Shown here: positions 38,062 to 47,724 of the stretch, in pieces | How positions within the stretch are numbered: position 1 is the first letter of the stretch | Layout of the letters: every line of letters starts with the position of its first letter | Source of the DNA: Candidatus Pacearchaeota archaeon | GTDB lineage: Archaea; Nanobdellota; Nanobdellia; Pacearchaeales; GW2011-AR1 | Length of the DNA: 64,000 nt | Assembly: GCA_016866955.1 (NCBI GenBank) | Contig: VGKT01000001.1 | Coordinates: 66,556-130,555 of the forward strand | Direction: 5' to 3' | Notes under the pieces: generated by a model | Told to the model about the DNA's origin: nothing | The model's database searches: none | What the model saw: the letters and a program-made list of their open reading frames with translations, nothing else | Position numbers and translations under genes: made by a program

Positions 38062-38167
38062 TTTAAATAGCACTTTCTGAATGGAATTATAACTACATAC
38101 AGGACATTTCGGTTTCTGAAATGCATCTGTTCAGGTAGAAGATTATCCTTCGGGACATCACACAACC
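38062..38167 (+). promoter_or_regulatory. uL1 operon promoter plus about 75-nt structured leader
   Basis: CTTTAAATAGCACTTTCTGAAT is a near copy of the secE promoter. Hairpin CATTTC-GGTTTCT-GAAATG at 38105-38123. A CC-TTCG-GG hairpin lies just before the ATG. Confidence 0.4.
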
Positions 38168-38785
38168 ATGGAATTACCAGAAGCACTCCAAACACTCAGA
38201 AAGCAAGAAAAGCGTGGCTTTAGCCAGAGCATTGACTTGATTATTACCTTAAAGGGTATTGACCCAAAGAAAGAAACCTATTCTACAATTATTACACTTC
38301 CCCATGCCGTTAAGAAAAAGAAAGTATTTGGTTTCTTCACAAAAAAATCTGATTTATGTGAAGGAATTACTGCTCTTGACTTTCCAAAGTATAAAGATGC
38401 AAAACTTGCAAAGAAATTAGTTAAGAAATATGACGTATTTGTTGCACATGCAAAACTGATGCCCCAAGTAGCAGCAGTGTTTGGTAAAGTCCTTGGACCA
38501 ACCGGTAAAATGCCTTCTCCACAATTAGGAGTATTGATGAGCGAAGATGACGCTCCATTGAAAGCATTGTTAGGACGTGTAGATACTGCCTATAAAATCC
38601 GCGTCAAAGAATTAGCAGTAAAAGCAAGCGCAGGAAATGAATCAATGAGTGATGCAGAACTTACTGCAAATATTACTGCTCTTTATCAAGGACTTATTGC
38701 CGTACTTCCGGTTAAGAAAGATAACGTACGACGTGTGTTAGTTAAAACAACAATGGGTGCCCCTGTTGAAGTGAGGATGAATTAA
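38168..38785 (+). CDS. rpl1: Ribosomal protein uL1
   Basis: FSQSIDLIITLKGIDPKK and GKVLGPTGKMPSP motifs. Confidence 0.9.
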   Translation: MELPEALQTLRKQEKRGFSQSIDLIITLKGIDPKKETYSTIITLPHAVKKKKVFGFFTKKSDLCEGITALDFPKYKDAKLAKKLVKKYDVFVAHAKLMPQVAAVFGKVLGPTGKMPSPQLGVLMSEDDAPLKALLGRVDTAYKIRVKELAVKASAGNESMSDAELTANITALYQGLIAVLPVKKDNVRRVLVKTTMGAPVEVRMN

Positions 38786-39582
38786 TGGCAACTGCACAAC
38801 GAACAAAGGATATTCCAGCATATAAAGTAGAACTGGTAAGTGCTCTTGCAAAAGAAATCAAACAAGCAAAAACCGTATTACTCGCCAGCACAAGTAAATT
38901 ACCAAGCTCGCAATTTCATGCTATTAAGAAAAAACTTCGTGCACATGCTGCTGTTCGTGTTGCTCGAAAATCTGCCGTGGTACGTGCTATTCAAGCAGTA
39001 TCCAAAGCAGGATTGCAACCTCTTGCAGACCATGTTCAATCAGATGTTGCTCTCTTCTTCTCTCAAGAAGATGCATTTGCGCTTTCAGGGTTATTGAGTG
39101 ATAATAAAAGCCCCACAAAAGCAAAAGCAGGAGATATTGCTCCGATTGACATTCAAGTTGAACCTGGTCCTACCGATATGGTTCCTGGTCCTGCAATTTC
39201 TGAATTGTCCGGTGTTGGATTAAAGGTTGCTGTTGAAGGTGGTAAACTTGCGATTAAACAACCACATGTTATTGTAAAAGCAGGACAAGTCATTAAAGAC
39301 AATGTTGCAAGCGTGATGGGTAAATTGAATATTTTACCAATGAGTGTTGGCTTTGAACCTCTTGCGGCATATGATAGCGTTGCTGATAAAGTATATGTGG
39401 GTATTAAGATTGACAAGAAAGCATTTATGGAAGCATTCCGTACTGATATTGCTAAAGGAAGAGGATTTGCACTTGGTTTGAATTATATCTCTTCTGACAC
39501 GATCACCCCCTTATTGCATAAAGCAGCACTTCATGAAAAGGCGCTTGCTTCGAAACTATCATCTACAAAGGAGGGCGCATAA
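38785..39582 (+). CDS. rpl10: Ribosomal protein uL10 (P0), short form without acidic C-terminal tail
   Basis: The uL10 N-domain is present (KVELVSALAKEIKQAKTVLLAS). The protein is 265 aa and ends LSSTKEGA. Its ATG overlaps the uL1 stop. Confidence 0.85.
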   Translation: MATAQRTKDIPAYKVELVSALAKEIKQAKTVLLASTSKLPSSQFHAIKKKLRAHAAVRVARKSAVVRAIQAVSKAGLQPLADHVQSDVALFFSQEDAFALSGLLSDNKSPTKAKAGDIAPIDIQVEPGPTDMVPGPAISELSGVGLKVAVEGGKLAIKQPHVIVKAGQVIKDNVASVMGKLNILPMSVGFEPLAAYDSVADKVYVGIKIDKKAFMEAFRTDIAKGRGFALGLNYISSDTITPLLHKAALHEKALASKLSSTKEGA

Positions 39583-39866
39583 TGGAATATATCTACGCAG
39601 CTTTGCTCTTGCATAAGCTTGGTCAACCAGTAACTGAAAGTAACGTTGCAAACGTTATCAAAGCAGCTGGAGCTTCAGTTGATGAAGCAAAGATCAAGAC
39701 GATGCTTGCTAGTTTGCAAGGAGTTGATATTGCGGCAGAACTTGCGAATGCAAGTACTGCAGTGGCAGCAGCACCAGCAGCTGGAGCAGCACCTAAAGCA
39801 GAAGAGAAGAAAGCAGAAGAGAAGCCAGTTGAATCTGCAGCTGGGCTCGCATCACTCTTCGGATAA
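39582..39866 (+). CDS. rpl12: Ribosomal stalk protein P1 (aL12)
   Basis: MEYIYAALLLH N-terminus, an Ala/Glu/Lys hinge and the conserved C-terminus GLASLFG. Confidence 0.9.
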   Translation: MEYIYAALLLHKLGQPVTESNVANVIKAAGASVDEAKIKTMLASLQGVDIAAELANASTAVAAAPAAGAAPKAEEKKAEEKPVESAAGLASLFG

Positions 39867-39902
39867 TCCCTCTTGGGCCCTCTGAATTGTATGTACGCAC
39901 AG

Positions 39903-39957
39903 CCAGCCTGAGCTGGTTTCTCGCTTTGGTAGTGTGAGCAGTTTATTTTTTATTTTT
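39903..39957 (+). terminator. Putative terminator of the ribosomal protein operon
   Basis: CCAGC-CTGA-GCTGG hairpin, then TTTATTTTTTATTTTT. Confidence 0.4.
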
Positions 39958-40009
39958 GCCCCCACTCCACCTCTATATTTAAATAAGAACCTTCTCCTTT
40001 TCTAGATAA

Positions 40010-40091
40010 GCCGACATGGCACAATGGTACTGCGCTGGTCTTGAGAACCAGTTTCCTTCGGGATATCCCGGTTCGATTCCGGGTGTCGGCG
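40010..40091 (+). tRNA. tRNA-Ser (UGA)
   Basis: Manual cloverleaf: acceptor GCCGACA/TGTCGGC, anticodon stem CTGGT/ACCAG with loop CTTGAGA, long variable arm (TCC-TTCG-GGA), T arm CCCGG-TTCGATT-CCGGG, discriminator G. TATA TTTAAATA at 39978-39985. A T6 run follows. Confidence 0.85.
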
Positions 40092-40126
40092 TTTTTTGAT
40101 TTAAAAAAATGTAGTAAGTAGAATAG

Positions 40127-40402
40127 TTATGATAACCCGAACCACTTTTTCCAGAAGGGTTTCTCAGGAGTTTGTTCTGCAATTACTGGTTGTGCTTCAT
40201 ATGTAATGGTGGGTGCCGTTTTGAGCACAGGAGCTTCACGTGCGAGATCCTCTTCGGTTTTCTTAAGCGCTTTTTCTACTTCCATACGAGAATGTCCTTG
40301 ATTTACTAATGCCCATTTGAGTGATTCTTTGGTATATCCTTTCTTAAGGTTCTTTTTGATATACTCTGAGAGATCTCCGAGATAATCCCCTTTCTTTTTC
40401 AT
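40127..40402 (-). CDS. Hypothetical small protein (91 aa)
   Basis: ORF whose ATG lies 21 nt after a TATA-like octamer (40424-40431). The N-terminal helical module is loosely similar to that of 10804-11193. Confidence 0.35.
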   Translation of the reverse strand: MKKKGDYLGDLSEYIKKNLKKGYTKESLKWALVNQGHSRMEVEKALKKTEEDLAREAPVLKTAPTITYEAQPVIAEQTPEKPFWKKWFGLS

Positions 40403-40432
40403 AGCGTTTTATCTTCTTTCTCCCTTAAAAAG

Positions 40433-41488
40433 TTATTGTTGTTTTGCATGATGGGGTTCTTTATCGGCAATAAGGTCATAAAGGGTACGATCTCGGTAGG
40501 TTTTGAGGAACGTAAGGAAATAAGCGACTATCAAAGGACCGAGTAACAAACCTACAATACCGAGGAAGAAAAGTCCTCCAATCATCGCAACAAGAATAAT
40601 TGCAGGAGAGAGATTTGTTTTTCGTGAAATAAGATAAGTACGAAGAAAATTGTCTACAAAGGAAACAATAAGTACGTTATAGAGGATATACCAGACTCCC
40701 TTTGTTGTTTCTCCTGATGCCAACATGAAGATACCGATGGGAACCCAGAGTATGAATGGACCTACAATTGGAAGGATAGATAAGAAAATTGCTAAAACGG
40801 TTAATACAAGGGCATTCTTTACTCCAAAGATGAGGAATCCTAACCCTGCAAGTCCGCCTTGCACTAATCCTACAATAACCTGGCCATATACCACTGAATC
40901 GGTAATGTCTTTGAATTGTTGCACGAGTATTTTCTCATGCGAATGGGAAAAGGGAGAAAGTGCAGAAGCAAACTCTCGTAATTTTTCTGCATCACGTAAG
41001 GCAAAAAAGAATACAAAAAAGATAATGAATACATGTAAAGAAAGTTCAGGAATCTCAAGAAATACTTTATTCATGAGAGAAAGTAAACGAGTAATCGTTT
41101 CACTCACGAAACTGTTGATACTGACTGAAACTTGAGCGATAAATTGTTCTGAAGCGGTGGGGAATACGTTGTTAATGAATTCATTAAGACTTGCTTTTTG
41201 GAAAAAGGTATAGACACTGAATACTTGTTGCAACATTACTGGAATTACAAACCAAAGGGGAAATACAATTAAAGCTAAAATACTCCCTGAAACAATAAGA
41301 GCATTTCCTGTAGGATTGGGAATCCAACGTTTTAGCCAATTAAAGCTGGGGGTGAAGAGATATGCAAGAATTAAACCACTCACAACACTCAATAATACTG
41401 GACGAATTAAGAAAAATACCAGTACTGCAAGTATGATTACTGCAATTCCCACCGTAATTTTCTTTACATCTTTGTCATCAATTTGCAT
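40433..41488 (-). CDS. AI-2E/PerM (UPF0118) family transporter
   Basis: 351-aa polytopic protein with the C-terminal conserved region ILPIVGPFILWVP...LIGGLFFLGIVGLLLGP. Confidence 0.8.
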   Translation of the reverse strand: MQIDDKDVKKITVGIAVIILAVLVFFLIRPVLLSVVSGLILAYLFTPSFNWLKRWIPNPTGNALIVSGSILALIVFPLWFVIPVMLQQVFSVYTFFQKASLNEFINNVFPTASEQFIAQVSVSINSFVSETITRLLSLMNKVFLEIPELSLHVFIIFFVFFFALRDAEKLREFASALSPFSHSHEKILVQQFKDITDSVVYGQVIVGLVQGGLAGLGFLIFGVKNALVLTVLAIFLSILPIVGPFILWVPIGIFMLASGETTKGVWYILYNVLIVSFVDNFLRTYLISRKTNLSPAIILVAMIGGLFFLGIVGLLLGPLIVAYFLTFLKTYRDRTLYDLIADKEPHHAKQQ

Positions 41489-41567
41489 TCATTTTAAAGC
41501 GGTTAGACTTATATAAAGTATTCGACCAAAGGGAATGTTTTATAAATGATTTTTTCAATGCATGGTT

Positions 41568-42272
41568 ATGAGTTTTGTGTTGGAATCGATTATGCGCAAG
41601 GTCTCAGACCCGACGGTGCATGACGCATTTATCAAATATAGCAAAGGAATTTTTAATCAAAAGTATCTCGTTCAATCTAAAAAAGGAAAAGAAGGATGGG
41701 CTATTAAAACAAGCGCTGAATATGTTAATAGCATCATCGGTGCAGGATTAGAACGTATTTCAGGTACTGTTGATGTGACGGGAGTTATTGTTGCAACATT
41801 TAACGTAGCTGAAGAAGCAGGATTCCCGACAAAAGGATTGAAACAATTTATGGGAATTAAACAAGTAATTGTAGAGGGATCTATTCCTGCTCAAAAAATT
41901 TTAGCATTAATGCAAAAACAGCCTCGAGCATTTTACGCATTGTCGTTTACATTCCCTGGGGGAAGTATTAAAACAAAAGCAAAAGCTCCAAAAAGTGCAA
42001 AACCTTCCACAAAAGAAACTACTGAGATTGCCCCTGATTTTTGTACGTTAAAAACAACTGATGAATCTCTTGTTGCTCAAATATTACTTGATGTTCCTTC
42101 TGCTAAAACAGTAACACTTTCTCATAGCATTGCGATTACGTCTATTGAATCACCAAAAGGAATTACGGACCCGGTACAATTACGTGAAGGATCTATTCGT
42201 GTAGGAACTATTGAACGAACAGTCATTGCTGATGACGTGACAACAAAACAGTCATTTCCTTTTAGAGCCTAA
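41568..42272 (+). CDS. Hypothetical protein
   Basis: The start is chosen at the ATG 21 nt after TTTATAAA (41539-41546). No recognised motif. Confidence 0.35.
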   Translation: MSFVLESIMRKVSDPTVHDAFIKYSKGIFNQKYLVQSKKGKEGWAIKTSAEYVNSIIGAGLERISGTVDVTGVIVATFNVAEEAGFPTKGLKQFMGIKQVIVEGSIPAQKILALMQKQPRAFYALSFTFPGGSIKTKAKAPKSAKPSTKETTEIAPDFCTLKTTDESLVAQILLDVPSAKTVTLSHSIAITSIESPKGITDPVQLREGSIRVGTIERTVIADDVTTKQSFPFRA

Positions 42273-42811
42273 TATTCAATTCCTTTACGTGCAATTTTTC
42301 CTTGATCATAGGGATGTTTTATTTTTTTTATTTCGGTAACTAAATCAGCGAGTGCAAAAAGCGAAGGATACGCGATATGACTACCAGTGAGTATGAATTC
42401 TTGATTGAATGGCTTTTCTTTGATGAGTTGTTGTATATCTGCTTCAGTGCAAAGCCCTAATTGAATGGCATACAGAAATTCGTCTGCAATGATAATGTCG
42501 TATTTGCCGAAACAAGAACGTACATAGGCACAGGCTTCATCAAAAGAGTTCTTGGCTTCATTATTCGGTTTACCGATTATCCACTCACCTGAACCAAATC
42601 GTTTATATGAGAACCCTGCTAACTGTGCAAGCCCGTTCAATTCTCCCGGATATGCAATCTCGGGGTCTCCTGCGCCGTTTTTCATAGATTGTACGAGATG
42701 AACCGTATATCCATTACCTAACGCTCTGAGCGCTGTCCCTAATGCAGCAGTTGTTTTCCCTTTTCCATTTCCCCAAAAAATACTTACCTGTCCAAGTAGT
42801 GATGTATCCAT
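42269..42811 (-). CDS. cobA: Cob(I)yrinic acid a,c-diamide adenosyltransferase (CobA/CobO/BtuR family)
   Basis: P-loop GNGKGKTTAALG, the ADEF acidic motif and the C-terminus KHPYDQGKIARKGIEY. Confidence 0.85.
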   Translation of the reverse strand: MDTSLLGQVSIFWGNGKGKTTAALGTALRALGNGYTVHLVQSMKNGAGDPEIAYPGELNGLAQLAGFSYKRFGSGEWIIGKPNNEAKNSFDEACAYVRSCFGKYDIIIADEFLYAIQLGLCTEADIQQLIKEKPFNQEFILTGSHIAYPSLFALADLVTEIKKIKHPYDQGKIARKGIEY

Positions 42812-42887
42812 ATCCTTTCTTTTCTTTAGAGATTAAATATATTTATATAGTAGTACGAAGTATGAGTAAGTAGTATAAAGTATTACG

Positions 42888-43031
42888 ATGAAAGAACGTA
42901 TCTCGGCAACGCTTGACCCTCAAACAATACAGTTAGTACAAGCGCTTGTAAAAAAATTTGGTTATCGTAACAGTTCGCACCTTATTGAAGAAGCAATAAA
43001 ATCATTTTCACATCAGAGGAATAAAAAATGA
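42888..43031 (+). CDS. Ribbon-helix-helix (CopG-like) small DNA-binding protein
   Basis: Not in the ORF track (47 aa). Manual translation gives MKERISATLDPQTIQLVQALVKKFGYRNSSHLIEEAIKSFSHQRNKK, with a beta-strand then two helices. Its TGA overlaps the next ATG (ATGA at 43028-43031). Confidence 0.5.
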   Translation: MKERISATLDPQTIQLVQALVKKFGYRNSSHLIEEAIKSFSHQRNKK

Positions 43032-43774
43032 GGGGACAAGTGATCGTTTGGGTTTTTGTAGCATTGGGCATTACGGCAACTTTTGTTTTGTTACTTAGTA
43101 TCAAAACGAATCCTCAACGACAAGAAATTACAGTTGATGATCCTGTTACTTATATGCAAACTTGTGTACGTGATGCGATTGTTGATGAATTAGATTCTCG
43201 TCTTCCTCGCGGAGGAATTGTCGACAAAGGAATCTCCCTTGAATATAATAATCTCTCTCGCACTTATTATTGCTATACACGAAGTTTATTTCAACCTTGT
43301 CTGATGCATCATCCTTTACCGCTTGAGACGCTTACCACTCAACTAATAAGTGCCACTCGCCCACTCGTAGAATCCTGTTTTGCTTCACTACAAGAACAAC
43401 TTGAAGCAAGTGGAAAAGAAACGATTATGCGCTCTTTAACTTATTCCTTATTGTTTGCTCCACATTCATTGGAGATTACTCTTGAACGCCCCTTTACCAT
43501 TATCGATAGAGGAACAACACGTGAATACCAGACATTTAGTTTTACCATGAAAACACCGGTGTATGAATTGATTGATCTTGCTCGTGAAATTGCAAGTCAA
43601 GAGGCGCAATTTTGTTATTTTGAATATGCAGGTTATATGATTTTGTATCCAGCAATCACTATTGAAAAGAAAACAATACAGGATGGAATAAAACTCTACA
43701 CTTTGAAAGATGTATCTTCTAAACAAGAACTTACTTTTGCAACACGAGGGTGTGTGTTGCCGGCGGGACTCTGA
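43028..43774 (+). CDS. Class III signal peptide protein, family A of the Cys-rich module
   Basis: MRGQVIVWVFVALGITATFVLLL N-terminus. It is a paralogue of 47721-48533. Confidence 0.55.
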   Translation: MRGQVIVWVFVALGITATFVLLLSIKTNPQRQEITVDDPVTYMQTCVRDAIVDELDSRLPRGGIVDKGISLEYNNLSRTYYCYTRSLFQPCLMHHPLPLETLTTQLISATRPLVESCFASLQEQLEASGKETIMRSLTYSLLFAPHSLEITLERPFTIIDRGTTREYQTFSFTMKTPVYELIDLAREIASQEAQFCYFEYAGYMILYPAITIEKKTIQDGIKLYTLKDVSSKQELTFATRGCVLPAGL

Positions 43775-46700
43775 TGCGTTTTATACAACCTCTGGCTTTG
43801 GGAGAAATATGTTTACTTGTAAGTATGAGTTTTGCGTTTGCTTGGATTATGCATGAAAGCCTTGCTCTAGATACGCCTGTTCCTGTTTCTACTCCTCCTT
43901 CGCTTGCTTCATTCCTTGCATTCATTGGTACTCTTTTATTTGGAAAAACAACCGTAAGTGCTTCTACTCCGGGAGTGTGGACTTGTCCTGTAATGAAAGA
44001 TGGGAGTACGTGTCAAGAAGTACAAAGTGACCTGTGTGCAACTTATTGTACCACTGCTTGTATTCCTGTACGCGCCCAGGACGTTCAACAATGTAGACTG
44101 GGGACTTGTTTTTCTTCAACAACGGGAGGTTGTAGTGCGGGAACTCCGCGAGATACTTGTACGGTGGCTGGAGGGCAATGGTTTGACGCCCCTCGTGAGA
44201 ATGTGCTTCAATGTCGTTTGGGTTGTTGTTTAAGTGGACAACAAGCAGTGTTTAGCACAGAACAAGCGTGTTTACGACAAGCACAAACATTAGGCACTAC
44301 AAAAGTGTTTCGTCCTGAGATACGTACGGAACTTGCGTGTATTGCATCAGGGGGAAGTGATAAAGAAGGGGCTTGTTTGATTGGACAAGATGATGAAGGA
44401 AAAAATAATTGTATCTTTGGTACGCAAACAGAATGCCAAACACGTCGAGGAGTTTTTCATGAAGGACGGTTGTGTTCCGCACCCTCATTAAACACGAGTT
44501 GTCAAGCACAGCAACGTACTGGATGTGTTGCACAAAAAGATGAGGTATATTGGTTTGATAGTTGTGGCAATCGTGAAAATATTTATGCTTTGCCAAAAAC
44601 AACGAGCTTCAACGGAGGGGGCGTACAACCAAAAAGTGCCTCATGCACCTTGACGCAACAACTTACCAATGCGGGAATCTGTGGTAATTGTAACTATCTG
44701 CAGGGGAGCATTTGTAAACGAGCACCGGGTGTGGCAAGTATCGGAGATTTTGCCTGTCGAGATTTGAAATGTACTGATAGATGGGGAAACAAACGAGCGC
44801 CTGGTGAAAGCTGGTGTGCATATCAAGGAAGTACGGGCCAAGATACTAACCGGGGAACAGATACGGTCGGAAGTCGACATTTCCGTGAAACATGCGTGCA
44901 AGGAGAAGTGCAACAAGATGCTTGTCAAGACTATCGTAATGAAATCTGTGTACAAACAACAAGCGGTACTGGTGCGACACGATACACTACTGCTGCCTGT
45001 CGCTTAAATCGTTGGGCAGAATGTGTTGCCTATAATAATCCGCAAAAACCTGATGAAAAAGAAAAGTGTACTCAGAACCCTGACTGTTTTGTGAAACAAG
45101 TCTCGGTTGGACAATTTGCATTTAACTTGTGTACTCCAAAATACGTTCCGGGATTTGATTTATTGGAAAATGGAAGAGGAGAAGGATCTGAAGCAATTTG
45201 TTCAATGGGTAGTCAGAAATGTACCAAAGTCATGGTCAAAGGACTGGGAGGATGGAAATGTAAAGCAAATTGTCAATGTGATACTACCCTCTTTACTGAG
45301 CAAATGAACAATCTTTGTACTAGCCTTGGAGATTGTGGTATGAAAGCAAATTATCTGGGCACTACTTCCGAAAGTTATCGAGTGACTGGGGCCCCTGCAT
45401 TGGGTACCAGTTATCGTACCGGAATTATGCGTTATGCAGACGAACGACTCTTCAAAGACCGTCCGGCTCTTGCAGGAAGCCTTGATGCGTTTTATGCCTT
45501 GACCGGTATTCCTCCAGGATTAGGCATAGGTACTGAACCGACGGATAGCACTGCTGAAACGCGTGGAGCATTGAGTATGCCGATTGGAATGGCGGGGATA
45601 GTGATAGGTCTTGCTGCAAAAACCGTTATTGGCGCACAACTCTTATCTACCGTTGGTCTTGCAACCGTACAAACCGCAACCGCAACGGCATGGGCTACTA
45701 CAGTCGGGGGTCAAACTGTAAGTGCAACTGCAAGTGTAGCACACTCTCCTGCACTTGGAGCAGCAGGAGGAGCATTCATTGGGGCAACAATTGGATTTGC
45801 ACTCACGAGTTTCTTACTTGACGTTACTGGAGTGGGCAGAGGATTACCTCCGGCATTGACCTATGCATTAATGGCTGCTGGAACAGTGGGGGGAGCTATT
45901 GCAGGATATGGTGTGTTAGGTGGCACCATTGGAACGGGAGGTACTTTTGGAGTAGGAGGTGCAGGATTTGCAAGCTTGGGCCCCGCAGCAAGTCTTGCAG
46001 CGGTCGGACTTATTATTATTGCCGTAGTGATTATTATCATCGTTATTATGCAAGTACTCGGGATTGGTAAAGTTAGAAAGATAGAAGCAACCTTTACTTG
46101 CAAACCCTGGCAAGCACCGACGGGAAGTGAGAAATGTGGCACGTGTGGGAGTGATGGATTCCCTTGTAGTAGATATGCTTGTTCTGCTTTGGGACAGAAT
46201 TGTCAACTGATTAATGAAGCAACCGATGAACCGGAATGTGTAGGAATTAGTCGTGATGATGTGGTGCCTCCCGTGATTAGTCCACTCACCGGAGTAATTA
46301 GTGTGGGACATCAGTATAGTACTCCGGGGCCTCTGGGTTTCACATTAACAGGACCGGAAGAGTGTTTAGAACCATTTAGTCAGGTTATCTTTGGACTGGG
46401 ATTGGATGAACCAGGACAATGTAAATATAGCACTTCTTCCTCTACCTCATTTGATGCTATGACTGCAGACTTTGGATTGAGTACCTTATTCCGACGAAAT
46501 CATACGATGATTCTTCCTGTACCGAGCATTGAAGCATTGGGCTATACAGGGTATCAAACTAACTTTACCGCACGTCAAACACTTTATGTGCGCTGTCAGG
46601 ATAAAAATGGTAATGTAAATCAAGCAAGTTATGGGATTCAATTTTGTGTGAAACGAGGATTAGATGTAACTCCCCCTGTTGTGGTAGCAAAAACACCTTC

Positions 46701-47724
46701 CTGGGACTATGTTGGCTTCTTGGCAACGCAACAAAATGTGACGTTGTATACCAATGAACCGGCAACTTGTCGTATCAGTGATCAAGCACAAACCTACGAT
46801 GCTATGACACAAGAATTAACGTGTCTGAATGATCCAGTTGAAGATACTCCTTCCCTCTTTGGATGGGCTTGTAATACTACGGTGCACTTGCTTGCTCGTA
46901 ATGATTCAACATTCTATACTCTTTGCAAAGATCAACCTTGGCTCATTGGTAAAAATGTCTCGATATATCGAGTGAATAATACTAATTACACGTATAATGC
47001 TGATGCAGTCAATATGACGTTCTTACAATTTATTGGAAGTCGATCGGGCACAGTTCCTACGCTCATTCAAACTATTCCTGAAGCAATAGTAACGAATATC
47101 ACAGGTAATGGCACTACGAAACGTATTCAAACACGTAATCTTATGCAACAAACATATTCGTTTACCGTTCGAAAAAGTGTTGCGCCCTTACGCATTACGG
47201 AAGTGCAACCAAATGGCACGCTTACCTTTGGAACAATGCCTGCTTCCGTTTCTCTGGTGGTGCGCACAGGAGGAGGATTAGACGGCACGGCTACTTGTCG
47301 ATATCAGTTTGGAGAACACTGGATTGATTTTAGAGATACTTTAGGATTAGTACATCGTCAAACGCTTTCATTATATAATGGAACGCATACCTTCCCCATA
47401 CGATGTGAAGATCAAGCAGGGAACATTGCAGGAAGTACTGTGACCTTTACCATTAAAGCAGACACAACTATGCCTTTAATCGCTCGAGCATATGGTTCAG
47501 GAAACACTCTTACCATAATCACCAACGAACCTTCAACCTGTAAAGCAAGTACTATCGGATGTCAAGAAACTTGGCTGAATGGAACGCTTCTTTCAGGCAC
47601 AGAACGAAGCCATACGCTTTCCTGGCAAGCAAAGGAAACCTATTATGTACAATGCGTTGATCAGTATCTTAATGGTCCGGGAAGTCAGTGTCAAGCAATT
47701 GTAAGGAGACAAGGAACAGCATGA
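43774..47724 (+). CDS. Giant (about 1316 aa) cysteine-rich membrane protein: Cys-rich ectodomain, Gly/Ala-rich multi-TM region and Ig-like repeat C-domain
   Basis: The start is at MRFIQPL (TGATG overlap). Cys-rich domain about 43981-45339, Gly/Ala-rich hydrophobic region about 45562-46065, C-domain about 46096-47721. No recognised family. Confidence 0.7.
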   Translation: MRFIQPLALGEICLLVSMSFAFAWIMHESLALDTPVPVSTPPSLASFLAFIGTLLFGKTTVSASTPGVWTCPVMKDGSTCQEVQSDLCATYCTTACIPVRAQDVQQCRLGTCFSSTTGGCSAGTPRDTCTVAGGQWFDAPRENVLQCRLGCCLSGQQAVFSTEQACLRQAQTLGTTKVFRPEIRTELACIASGGSDKEGACLIGQDDEGKNNCIFGTQTECQTRRGVFHEGRLCSAPSLNTSCQAQQRTGCVAQKDEVYWFDSCGNRENIYALPKTTSFNGGGVQPKSASCTLTQQLTNAGICGNCNYLQGSICKRAPGVASIGDFACRDLKCTDRWGNKRAPGESWCAYQGSTGQDTNRGTDTVGSRHFRETCVQGEVQQDACQDYRNEICVQTTSGTGATRYTTAACRLNRWAECVAYNNPQKPDEKEKCTQNPDCFVKQVSVGQFAFNLCTPKYVPGFDLLENGRGEGSEAICSMGSQKCTKVMVKGLGGWKCKANCQCDTTLFTEQMNNLCTSLGDCGMKANYLGTTSESYRVTGAPALGTSYRTGIMRYADERLFKDRPALAGSLDAFYALTGIPPGLGIGTEPTDSTAETRGALSMPIGMAGIVIGLAAKTVIGAQLLSTVGLATVQTATATAWATTVGGQTVSATASVAHSPALGAAGGAFIGATIGFALTSFLLDVTGVGRGLPPALTYALMAAGTVGGAIAGYGVLGGTIGTGGTFGVGGAGFASLGPAASLAAVGLIIIAVVIIIIVIMQVLGIGKVRKIEATFTCKPWQAPTGSEKCGTCGSDGFPCSRYACSALGQNCQLINEATDEPECVGISRDDVVPPVISPLTGVISVGHQYSTPGPLGFTLTGPEECLEPFSQVIFGLGLDEPGQCKYSTSSSTSFDAMTADFGLSTLFRRNHTMILPVPSIEALGYTGYQTNFTARQTLYVRCQDKNGNVNQASYGIQFCVKRGLDVTPPVVVAKTPSWDYVGFLATQQNVTLYTNEPATCRISDQAQTYDAMTQELTCLNDPVEDTPSLFGWACNTTVHLLARNDSTFYTLCKDQPWLIGKNVSIYRVNNTNYTYNADAVNMTFLQFIGSRSGTVPTLIQTIPEAIVTNITGNGTTKRIQTRNLMQQTYSFTVRKSVAPLRITEVQPNGTLTFGTMPASVSLVVRTGGGLDGTATCRYQFGEHWIDFRDTLGLVHRQTLSLYNGTHTFPIRCEDQAGNIAGSTVTFTIKADTTMPLIARAYGSGNTLTIITNEPSTCKASTIGCQETWLNGTLLSGTERSHTLSWQAKETYYVQCVDQYLNGPGSQCQAIVRRQGTA

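Noticed and set aside
39979-40182. 67-aa ORF on the minus strand
   Set aside because: It runs antisense through tRNA-Ser and its promoter and terminator. It has no coding signature.
43731-47000. Numerous 60-130 aa ORFs on both strands inside the giant gene (for example 44297-44602, 44641-44955, 45861-46142, 45916-46311)
   Set aside because: These are shadow ORFs inside a long, paralogue-supported coding frame.
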